Below, in pieces: positions 11,501 through 18,974 of a stretch of DNA of 64,000 nucleotides. The stretch is from Candidatus Latescibacterota bacterium (GTDB taxonomy: Bacteria > Latescibacterota > UBA2968). Where the stretch lies: contig OZ242195.1 in assembly GCA_965205975.1 (NCBI GenBank), positions 4,512,001-4,576,000 on the forward strand, in the 5' to 3' direction. Both the position numbers and the translations under genes were made by a program. The notes below the pieces were generated by a model. The model saw only the letters and a list, made by a program, of their open reading frames with translations. It was not told where the DNA came from and searched no databases. Within the stretch, counting starts at the first letter, position 1, and every line of letters starts with the position of its first letter.

Positions 11501-11995
11501 TGTCAGGTTGGGCAGGGCGTTTTTGCCAATAGCAGGGGCGGTCGGTTTTAATCCTTTTATGGCTTTTTCAGTGGTCCAGATAATGGATTCCATGTCTGGA
11601 TCATCTATTATGAGGATATCGCGTCCCGATGACGTCAGTTCCCAGTATCGGGATGGGGCAAGAGAGATGGTGTGTCCCCTGTGCAAGATGTCGCCGGGTG
11701 CGGGCAATAATAGGGGGATGGATTGGAAGACGATGGTTCCGGTTTCTGTTCTGCCCAGTTGACCTGGTCGCCCGGGAAAAATGCCGAGACACTGTTCCCG
11801 TTCCGCACCATTGGTCCACAGTTCCGTCAGTGCGATTCCGCCCATTTCTCGAGAATAGGTCCACACCTGACTGGTCGCTCCGGTGCGGAGGATTAGATCC
11901 TCCTGAGCGTCTGCTGTGCTCCAGAGCACAACAGCTATGAGTAATGCGTATCTGATTGGTAAAGTGAACACGGTATGTCTCCTTAAAGGATACAC
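8501..11995 (-). CDS. Large TPR + GWxTD-like domain protein with extra N-terminal domains
   Basis: 1164 aa; signal peptide, ~340-aa N-terminal extension, TPRs, FWALKDP...NERKLEHYRRVWYALTNF...PFDRRGEVYIRFGEPD and WETWIY. Confidence 0.85.
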   Translation of the reverse strand: MYPLRRHTVFTLPIRYALLIAVVLWSTADAQEDLILRTGATSQVWTYSREMGGIALTELWTNGAEREQCLGIFPGRPGQLGRTETGTIVFQSIPLLLPAPGDILHRGHTISLAPSRYWELTSSGRDILIIDDPDMESIIWTTEKAIKGLKPTAPAIGKNALPNLTSGFNAARLAQLSLSRWDFKQAADYYKQAARHFESLARQSAKNGLSESPMRDYVQTFQTAAQEIRKNGSRWVCRDHLTAIARLLTAYHRDHRGEMPDQLSALQKWAIAESRADPGTIARLFRAPVDRDQTRPVSYFYRPNAATGEAIVVSYFYPGRFVELVRHTENYRVQDRPIGQTQIDSLLTIGKIFLSQNDTLAVPILTALTHVAPEMELGHCLLGYAYLEVENYDRARDAFERAIDLNHRLSEAYNGLGLVFQNRPKGMYNAIRYFRRALQWPPDERLSQLYNTHRDARFNMAQARYKLKEYDTKRDLDHVIALDPTYAPTYKLLGKWWEEQEEDYEQAAMAYARYITLAPGDPEGRELLSRAYLRSKNFDRIVQLLEDHIREYPEEITSLPILAQACLEQKRPNWAQTYFSRYVAHLNPQHRALYEDIQFLASVEELEEYNSLDTDAARSSYLRQFWALKDPNLITSINERKLEHYRRVWYALTNFSEKKKPFDRRGEVYIRFGEPDYRSRSNMLNLDQSLSVQRVKERVAQTLFGGEAAQQTYFGPVYPVRGLQARLSGATPLRAQIEDESMQQAIEQSQERERQGLESGDEEQRTVRSAQATGDDQTGEDISTFERLANTVVNAGNMGSGFFDLQPDFHAVSVPEDASMVRWETWIYTDVNGGIEITFTDEAMNGNFDYAPAPLDPNIPIRTLALLNRYNPRRVTEFAARVTPDYYATPENTRPLEFYYDLADFQSLQNDVSALEVYTGIPRTLGRYFAENNTTELVVERTVSLLNEQTGDVYRRTGDVRFRNKGDQTGIQGAFVPDVVRLDAPPGYYKLEVQLQDRLSGRQGRYRQIIELEKYQTRSMKVSDLELAWRIAEGGPQDKFRKGELHVVPMPTRTYPKGQNIFVYYEIYNLKRDEFGQTKYQVEYTIAPKGKGVGGAVSRMVRTLGGKREKVLMGYEQVGTMDLETVYTELELGDREPGRYALEVVITDLNSEQTASKNALFVVQ

Positions 11996-11998
11996 CGT

Positions 11999-13417
11999 TC
12001 AATGCAACTTTCGAAAAGCAGTCCAGCATACGCGTAGTAGCAAAAAGCCGTGCCGAAAGCGGTGGATCTGCGTGGTTCCGTACACCCGATCCCGATAGCG
12101 CACGGGTACTTCTACGATTTTGCGAACGAGTTTGGACGCGCCGAGGAGGAGATCAAAATCTCCAAAGGGATCGAAGTCACATACGTCTCGACGCGCTCTG
12201 GCCAATTTTTTGTAGTCCGAGGCAAACAGGACTTTGGTACCGCACAGGGTATCCAGGATGCGTTGTCCCAAAAGGCAGCTCAATATCCAGCCGAAAAATC
12301 GGTTGCCCAGAAGGTTCAGGAATCGCATGGCCTGTTGTTCCATGGGATATACGAGGCGAGATCCCACGGCGAGTTCGGCGCGGCCCGATACGAGAGCGTC
12401 GAAGAATTTGGGCAGTTCCTCTGGCGCGACGGTCAGATCGCCGTCCAGGATCATCAATATATCACCTCTGGCTGCGTCAAATCCCTGCCGCACAGCGTCA
12501 CCTTTGCCTGTTCCGGTTTGTCGGATCAGGCGGATGTCTGTTCCCCTATATACCGCCATGCATCGCTCGACTTCTTCGGCGGTGTCGTCTGTTGAATGTC
12601 CCACGACAAAGATTAGTTCTGTATGCGCTCCCATCGCAGGTGTGCGCGCAATTGCCGCTTCCACTGTGCCGCACTCGTTTTTGCAGGGTATTATTACCGA
12701 GCAAGTGACTGCGGAGGCTTCTCGTGCGGGAAAGACGGGACGGGCGACGAGTGTCTGTATGAGACACAGGCGTCTCAGTCCCGGCACTCTTGCCAGAAGG
12801 CGATTGGCAAGCCATGCGAGAAGGGGGACGCGGCGGGGCAAAAACAGACGGGTTTCCCGTCGAATTTCTTCAAAGCCCGATAGGTAAAGTAAATTCTGAA
12901 TGTCCCGGTGTGTCAACCAGTTTTGCACGGGTTCGGGCATTTTTAAGCGGAATATTTCTCCGGTTTTTAGCACGGGTTTCCACAGGGGATTGTAGTGCGT
13001 AATCAGGACGCGGGAGCCGGGTAGTACGACTTTCCACAGTTCGCTGAATACGCGCTGGATGTCTGGCAGAAAACCCAGCAGGTCCGATAGGATGATCCAT
13101 TCGAATCGCTCCCCTTCGGGCAAATTCTCGGCGCGTCCCACGCGAAATATTAGGTCGGGGTATTTTTTGCGTGCGCGTTTTATCATTGCTTCGCTGAAGT
13201 CAATGCCGAGTCCCCGTCTCGGTTTCAGGCCCGCGAGCAGGTCGCCGGTGCCGCATCCTATGACCAGGACAGACGATCCTTCGGGCACAGCGCAGCGGCA
13301 AAATCGCAAGACTTCTTCGTGATAGGTGCGGTTGCGCCTGCGCCAACGGTCCCGGTTTTCGGCAGCTTTGTCGAAAAATTTCCGTATGGCGCCGCTATCG
13401 GGGAAGGGGTTTTTCAT
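11999..13417 (-). CDS. Class I SAM-dependent methyltransferase / glycosyltransferase family 2 fusion (polyprenol-P-sugar synthase-like GT2)
   Basis: N-terminal VLVIGCGTGDL (SAM motif I). C-terminal SVIIPCKNE, GKGDAVRQG, ILDGDLT, GSR and DTLCGTK (DPM1-like GT2). Likely start MKNPF at 13417. Confidence 0.85.
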   Translation of the reverse strand: MKNPFPDSGAIRKFFDKAAENRDRWRRRNRTYHEEVLRFCRCAVPEGSSVLVIGCGTGDLLAGLKPRRGLGIDFSEAMIKRARKKYPDLIFRVGRAENLPEGERFEWIILSDLLGFLPDIQRVFSELWKVVLPGSRVLITHYNPLWKPVLKTGEIFRLKMPEPVQNWLTHRDIQNLLYLSGFEEIRRETRLFLPRRVPLLAWLANRLLARVPGLRRLCLIQTLVARPVFPAREASAVTCSVIIPCKNECGTVEAAIARTPAMGAHTELIFVVGHSTDDTAEEVERCMAVYRGTDIRLIRQTGTGKGDAVRQGFDAARGDILMILDGDLTVAPEELPKFFDALVSGRAELAVGSRLVYPMEQQAMRFLNLLGNRFFGWILSCLLGQRILDTLCGTKVLFASDYKKLARARRDVCDFDPFGDFDLLLGASKLVRKIVEVPVRYRDRVYGTTQIHRFRHGFLLLRVCWTAFRKLH

Positions 13418-15266
13418 GTGAGGTCTCGTGATTTTTTTTGAGTATTTCCAATTCACGGCGTGCCAGTTGCGCGACTTGCGGGTCTCCCCGCCAGAGTTCT
13501 ATAAAGCGCGTGTACGCCTGTATGGCTGCGGTTTTTTCGCCGTTGTCACGATGGGCTTTTCCCAGGTTAAAATACGCTTCAGCCCAATTTGGACGCAATG
13601 CTATGGCACGGGCATAAGCGGTAGTGGCATGTGCGGGATGGCCCAATTTTTCGCGGACCACGCCCAGGTTGTAGAAAATTTCTGCGTTGGTCGGGTCGAG
13701 TATAGCTGCTCGTTCAAAGGCCGAATGCGCGTCGGTTATTTGTCCGGCCTGCATTGCTGCGAGTCCTTTGTTCATGTAGGCTTCGATGTAATCCGGTTCT
13801 ATTTCTACTGCTTTTTGATACGCGGCTGTCGCGTTCTTAAAACGGGCTGTTGCGGCATAGAGATTTCCTAGGTTGTTATAGGTGAGGGCACTTTTTTGCA
13901 CTGATAGGGCATTTCTATAAGCTGTTTCGGCTTCGGACATCCTGCCGCGTTCGGATAGAGCGTCGCCCAGAGCGTGTTGCATTTTCGCGCTTTTGGGATA
14001 TGCTGTTACTGCGCTCTGGTAAAGTGTTAAGTCGTCTCGCCATTCGGTGTTTCGGACAATTGTTCGGGCGCTATATCCCACAAGGATCAGGGCGGCGAGG
14101 GCAATGGTGCCCGTTTTTTGATGTTTTTCAAGGTGTTCAAATCCCAGACCGCACAGCGTGAATAAACCGAGAACTGGAATGTATAGAAATCGTTCCTGAA
14201 AAATGGCGTTGATCAGGACGAGTGTTTGCGATACGACTGAATAGGGTACAAAGAATAATGATAGAGCAAAAAATACGCAGGGCCAGCGCCAGCGAAAAGC
14301 ACCCACCCATAATAGAAGACTTGCGATGCCGAGGATTATGCCCGCTATTGCTTCGGGCGCGAGTATAGAAGTGATGACGGGGATGGCGTTATAAGAGTAA
14401 TCTACGGAAAGTTTGAAGGGTAACAAAATGAGAATGCAATATTTCCAGAGTAGTCCGGCGGCTGTCAAGAGTCTGTGGTCGAGGGGCTGGTCTATGAGTG
14501 GGTTGTTGAGGGCGAGTATATTTTCGGCTGAGAATCCCAGGCCCGCAGCGACTTTTCGCATGGTTAGGTAGATGGCAAAAATCCCGATGAATCCGGCCCA
14601 GCGCGCGCCGCGTTGCCACAGGAGATTGCGTATTCCTTTTGGGCGGGATAGGGCAAAGGTCAGATCGACGGCAATGACCAGTCCCAGTACGGCTATCGCG
14701 CTTTCTTTGGAGAGCAAGGCGAGAAAGAATCCCGCGAGGGCCAGTCCGTAATATTTTTCCGCGCTCCGGTTATGCCAGTGGATGTACAGGAGCAAGGCTG
14801 TTAGAGAAAACAGGCCAGCCAATAAATCTGCACGCCCAAATGTGATGCCGGCGACGACTTCGGCATGGATGGGATGTACGGCAAAGAGCAATCCGGCCAG
14901 GATCGCGCCCCGTTTTAGTCCCAGACTCAGGCAGAGGAGATAGGCGAGGAGGCTGTTAACCACGTGCAGGATTACGTTGGTGAGGTGAAATCGGAAGGGC
15001 CATATCCCTCCCAGGCCATCCAGCATAAAAGACAGGACCGTCAGGGGGCGATATTGCCCGTTGACGTTGGCTTCACCCTCGTATCCGCCCCAGTAATGCG
15101 TGGTTAAAATGCCCCATACATCGGCTTCGCGAAGCAATCGGTTGCGTTCGATCAGAAAGTGATCGTCATAGACCAATCCGTTGCCCAGGCTGTTTGCGAA
15201 TACCAGAAAGGCCGCCAATCCCACCGCGATGAGAGGATAGGTTTTTCCGCGTTGTTTTATAGGCAT
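13395..15266 (-). CDS. TMTC-like GT-C glycosyltransferase with C-terminal TPR repeats
   Basis: YDD, YRPL, FHLTN..LH, LFAVHPIHAEVV..GR.DLL, LLSKES and ERFLY motifs across multiple TMs, followed by TPRs. Likely start MPIKQ at 15266. Confidence 0.8.
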   Translation of the reverse strand: MPIKQRGKTYPLIAVGLAAFLVFANSLGNGLVYDDHFLIERNRLLREADVWGILTTHYWGGYEGEANVNGQYRPLTVLSFMLDGLGGIWPFRFHLTNVILHVVNSLLAYLLCLSLGLKRGAILAGLLFAVHPIHAEVVAGITFGRADLLAGLFSLTALLLYIHWHNRSAEKYYGLALAGFFLALLSKESAIAVLGLVIAVDLTFALSRPKGIRNLLWQRGARWAGFIGIFAIYLTMRKVAAGLGFSAENILALNNPLIDQPLDHRLLTAAGLLWKYCILILLPFKLSVDYSYNAIPVITSILAPEAIAGIILGIASLLLWVGAFRWRWPCVFFALSLFFVPYSVVSQTLVLINAIFQERFLYIPVLGLFTLCGLGFEHLEKHQKTGTIALAALILVGYSARTIVRNTEWRDDLTLYQSAVTAYPKSAKMQHALGDALSERGRMSEAETAYRNALSVQKSALTYNNLGNLYAATARFKNATAAYQKAVEIEPDYIEAYMNKGLAAMQAGQITDAHSAFERAAILDPTNAEIFYNLGVVREKLGHPAHATTAYARAIALRPNWAEAYFNLGKAHRDNGEKTAAIQAYTRFIELWRGDPQVAQLARRELEILKKNHETSHEKPLPR

Positions 15267-15273
15267 TAAAAGC

Positions 15274-15352
15274 AACCACAGATGAACACGGATGAACACA
15301 GAGTAAGTAGCAGTTAGCAAAACAAGCGGTTAGCTGACCGCTGATAGCTGAT
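15274..15352. repeat. Short-period direct repeats (10-bp ACAGATGAAC-like and 7-bp GCTGATA-like)
   Basis: aaccacagatgaacacggatgaacacagag followed by agctgaccgctgatagctgatt in the intergenic region. Confidence 0.5.
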
Positions 15353-15359
15353 TGCACAG

Positions 15360-15403
15360 AATACAAAGGGCGATTGCCAGGGTGCAACCCCGGCAGTCGC
15401 CCG
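15360..15403 (-). terminator. Probable intrinsic terminator / stem-loop downstream of the porV-like gene
   Basis: Minus strand reads GGGCGACTGCCGGGG-TTGCA-CCCTGGCAATCGCCC followed by TTTGTATT. Confidence 0.55.
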
Positions 15404-15450
15404 AAAAATGTACAAACTATGGTCATCGCAGAAACTGCGATAGCCGTTTG

Positions 15451-16449
15451 TTAGAACGTGCCGCCTATTGATATGCGCAGCGGCGAGTCAAATAGCGCTA
15501 CGCCGTCAATATCCTTCAGCAGCGAATAGGACACATCTATGGCGAATGTGCGCCCACCCACTGTCTGTTTGACGCCAGCGCCAAGGGCAAAGGATTCGAG
15601 GTCGTAATTCCACTTATAGCCCGCGCGCACAGCTACCATATTCTGGACCCAGAGTTCGGCTCCAAAGTGATAGCGTTGCTCGAAATCTACGGGGAATACG
15701 CTCTCGGCCGCCAGTGTCAAATAGGTCGGATCGCCTTTTTCGCCATAGACTTCGGCTGCCAGGCCCATGTTGTAGGTCAGGGGCATCAGGTAGGAGAATG
15801 CCTCTTCCCGAGCTTTCTGGTCTGGGCCGAAGTTCTTGAACGACATGGCTACGCGCAGGCTTCTAAACCCGGTGTAGAAATGACTGCCCAGGTCTATGGT
15901 AAATGTGCTGGTTTTTTGCGTGTAGAGTTTTTCCTGCACATAGTTGGCTTTGGCGCTGAACGAGAATTTGTCTGTGAATTTTATGGCGTAGAGCAGGCCT
16001 ACCGCCATGTAGTTCACATCGACAAACTGACCCGTTCCACTCGGCTGGAAGATGGTGGTTTCTTCGATGGGTTCGACCTGCTGTGTAATCAGGCTGATCC
16101 CCAGGACTTCACCCCGAGACGAGTGGGTATTGAAGACAGCTGCCGCCGAATACAGTTCTGTGCCTGCCAGCCATTTGGTGTAGTTGGCCTGATAGGCGAA
16201 CTTTTCCACATGGGTCAGCCCAGCGCCGTTCCAGAAGATGGCGTTGATATCATCGGCAATTGCCGTGTATGAATCACCCATCCCCACGGCACGCGCACCC
16301 TGTCCGATTTTCAAAAATTGCATGCCTGCGATATTGACTTTCTTGACCCCTTCGATCGCGGTTACACCTTCATATTCAAGCCCCAGAGCGGGACTGGCGA
16401 TCAGCAGCAGGCTCAGGAACGCTGTAAGTATGAGATTTTTTCGTTTCAC
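15451..16449 (-). CDS. PorV/PorQ-family outer-membrane beta-barrel
   Basis: 332 aa; signal peptide, FLKIGQGARAVGMG..YTAIADD..AIFWN.AGL motif, amphipathic beta-strands and C-terminal Phe. Confidence 0.85.
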   Translation of the reverse strand: MKRKNLILTAFLSLLLIASPALGLEYEGVTAIEGVKKVNIAGMQFLKIGQGARAVGMGDSYTAIADDINAIFWNGAGLTHVEKFAYQANYTKWLAGTELYSAAAVFNTHSSRGEVLGISLITQQVEPIEETTIFQPSGTGQFVDVNYMAVGLLYAIKFTDKFSFSAKANYVQEKLYTQKTSTFTIDLGSHFYTGFRSLRVAMSFKNFGPDQKAREEAFSYLMPLTYNMGLAAEVYGEKGDPTYLTLAAESVFPVDFEQRYHFGAELWVQNMVAVRAGYKWNYDLESFALGAGVKQTVGGRTFAIDVSYSLLKDIDGVALFDSPLRISIGGTF

Positions 16450-16467
16450 AATGAATACCTCCTCCGG

Positions 16468-18900
16468 CTACTTGATCACTACAAAAGTACCGCGCTGAAT
16501 CTTGTTTTCGCTGCCCGGGGTTTCGGATACGACGACGAAGTAGTACAGTCCGGTCTGGATTTCGCCAGCCAGATTGTACGTCACCTGCCGAAACGAGGCT
16601 TCGCCCCGGTCTGGATTATCGTGCGTGACGGTATAGACCCTGTCGCCAGAAGCCGAAAAGATGTGGATTTTACACTTTTGAGGAATCCCCACAAAGCGCA
16701 GATTTCGGCTTCTGGGATAGTTATGCTTGTCATCCACAAAATAGGGATTTGGCACCACTGTCACCTTTCGGTCGAGCTGATCGGTTTCGGTAGTGGTCGG
16801 CTGGAAGGGCCGTCTGTCATCGGCGTCGTAGGTGCGTGCAGTGGCAGGTCCCCAACCGCTCTCGTATCCACCCGTGGCATTGGCACGCGCCCTGCCCGTG
16901 GGCAGATCTCCTATTGCCATTCCGCCGCCCATCCAGTCGCTATATCCGCTGTTGTAGGGTCGCACCGAGTAGTGGTATGCAAATCCGGCGGCGGTATCCT
17001 GATCTTCATACGTGTATTTCCCGCCAGCGAGCGACCACTGGCCGTTGAGGCTGGAACCGCTTTGCCCTTTTAGCACGGTATCGTGCAATTTCCAGGGACC
17101 CCATCCGAACCAGGTGGAGCGATAGACGTGGTAGCCCGCGATGTCTTGTTGTCCGGTGTAGGGATTGACCGCGCGGTCGGCATCGTCAATCCACGAAATC
17201 TGTTGGCGGGCAAATCCACTGGAAGTCAGGTCATCGGCAGCGATAAATGCATTCGTCGGTGCCGGTGGATGGTGGAAATTGGAATCGTAGATAAAATGCG
17301 CGAGTTGCAGATTCTCAAATGCCGCTTGCTCGCCCAGAGTTTTGAATTCCTGGATCTTGGTTTCTACCGGCGCATCCGAACGGTCCCAGGTCAGTATATC
17401 CTGGTTCTTCATCTGAGCCGGGTGACCGGCGACATAAGCCATCACGATCTTGGCACTTTCGCCCGCCCGAAGCGTGTACGGACCATAGACTTGCGAGAAA
17501 ATGTAAAATTTTCGGTCATCCACATTGCTCTCGTTCGGGTTGTTTTTGATTCCTCCCTTTAGTATGGCACCATACATCTGGGACTCGGTGTCTTTTTCCG
17601 TATAGGGATCGTCAAAGTCGTCTTTGGACCGCGCCTGCCACCACTGCGCCGAGAAGGGCTGGTCGCCCTGTGGCTGGACGTATTTGCCCATGTCCCGGGT
17701 GTTAAAGGCGTGTAGCCCCGGTGCATCGGTAAACGCGATGGGCGCCATCACGATGTGTTGCGGTGCTCGAAGCTGGCCTTCGGTTGCATCAATCGCATCC
17801 GAATCGGTATGGCCCAGTCGTTTGAAATACGGGTCGCCCGTGTCGTCGTATGGCGACAATGGGTTGTCGGAATCGCGGAAAATGCTGGCTTTATACCCGG
17901 GGGCAAACGCACCCGCGTAGTTACTCGCATCGGAATAAAAATAAATATCATCCACACCGCGACCACCAGACGTCACATAACCATCCCAGCCAAAGGCTTG
18001 CAGAACGCCCATTGCAGCGGACACCCAGGAGTTTACAAACGAAAAATAGATATCGTACTGCGTGGCTGTGCCGCCGGGATTGTCTTCCTGCCCATCACCG
18101 TCAAAATCACCCGTATTGGTGAATGTCAAATCCACCAGATAAAAATCGTCAAAGTCCGGGTGGCTCCAATTATAGACCCGCCGCGTTACCTGAATACCCT
18201 GTTTGATGTGTACCCAGCGGGTGATGATGGTTTCTTCGGGGAGCGACAGATCGGCGATATAGCCACTCAGATTGTAGTTTCCAATGACCAGGGGGCTGGT
18301 TTTGGAGGGATCTAACTCGTTTCCATAATAACTTCCAAAATCTGTCTGTGTCACACCGGGCCAGTAATTGGACAGCCACGGTTCTGATCCTCCACCGCTC
18401 CAGCCGCCCGAAGCGGCAAGCACGTTTGAGGCATCTCCGAGTGTCCGCAGTGGGTTGGGAACGCCCCAGTGTTCTTCTTCGTTGCCTCTGGGATCATAAG
18501 GCAATGGACGAATAAAATCCCTGATCCACGGCGAAGGCCGTGGCCCGGTCAAGCTGATTTGTCCGTCGGATGTCAAAATCCACAAACCATCGCCCATCGA
18601 GGTTTTGTAGTCGTTATAGACCTGGGATTTTGGTCCGCTTGTGAATTGCGACAGCACTTGTCCGAAGGAACCTGGCCCCACGCCATTGTGGGGATAGGCA
18701 TTTCGGTCGCCGCCGCGGTTGATTTCGGGGCTGCCTCCCTGGATACCCATGTTGTTCCAGGAATTGGAGATCAATGCCCTGGTGTTTTCCCTGAAAGGGA
18801 CTGTATTTGGGTCGAATTGCGCTGTGGCATCAGTAGCTATAATAGCTCCCACCGCAGCGCATATTGCGACCCATCCTGTAAAAACTTTAAATCGCGTCAT
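16468..18900 (-). CDS. Secreted protein with T9SS type-A-like C-terminal sorting domain
   Basis: 810 aa; signal peptide, DFDGDG Ca-binding-like loop, FN3-like segment (GYHVYRS...YEDQD...YHYSVRPY) and C-terminus VVPNPY...IHIFSASGDRV...TGLYYF...GTFVVIK. Confidence 0.75.
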   Translation of the reverse strand: MTRFKVFTGWVAICAAVGAIIATDATAQFDPNTVPFRENTRALISNSWNNMGIQGGSPEINRGGDRNAYPHNGVGPGSFGQVLSQFTSGPKSQVYNDYKTSMGDGLWILTSDGQISLTGPRPSPWIRDFIRPLPYDPRGNEEEHWGVPNPLRTLGDASNVLAASGGWSGGGSEPWLSNYWPGVTQTDFGSYYGNELDPSKTSPLVIGNYNLSGYIADLSLPEETIITRWVHIKQGIQVTRRVYNWSHPDFDDFYLVDLTFTNTGDFDGDGQEDNPGGTATQYDIYFSFVNSWVSAAMGVLQAFGWDGYVTSGGRGVDDIYFYSDASNYAGAFAPGYKASIFRDSDNPLSPYDDTGDPYFKRLGHTDSDAIDATEGQLRAPQHIVMAPIAFTDAPGLHAFNTRDMGKYVQPQGDQPFSAQWWQARSKDDFDDPYTEKDTESQMYGAILKGGIKNNPNESNVDDRKFYIFSQVYGPYTLRAGESAKIVMAYVAGHPAQMKNQDILTWDRSDAPVETKIQEFKTLGEQAAFENLQLAHFIYDSNFHHPPAPTNAFIAADDLTSSGFARQQISWIDDADRAVNPYTGQQDIAGYHVYRSTWFGWGPWKLHDTVLKGQSGSSLNGQWSLAGGKYTYEDQDTAAGFAYHYSVRPYNSGYSDWMGGGMAIGDLPTGRARANATGGYESGWGPATARTYDADDRRPFQPTTTETDQLDRKVTVVPNPYFVDDKHNYPRSRNLRFVGIPQKCKIHIFSASGDRVYTVTHDNPDRGEASFRQVTYNLAGEIQTGLYYFVVVSETPGSENKIQRGTFVVIK

Positions 18901-18934
18901 AGTATTCCTCGCCCTCCATGTCGGGTTTCGGAAA

Positions 18935-18973
18935 GGGTATGCGAGTGGGCTACAAGACCCACTCGCACAACCC
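18935..18973. other. Intergenic stem-loop between the TBDR and CTD-protein genes
   Basis: gggtatgcgagtggg-ctacaaga-cccactcgcacaaccc immediately after the TBDR stop, with no U tract directly following. Confidence 0.5.
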
Positions 18974-18974
18974 G

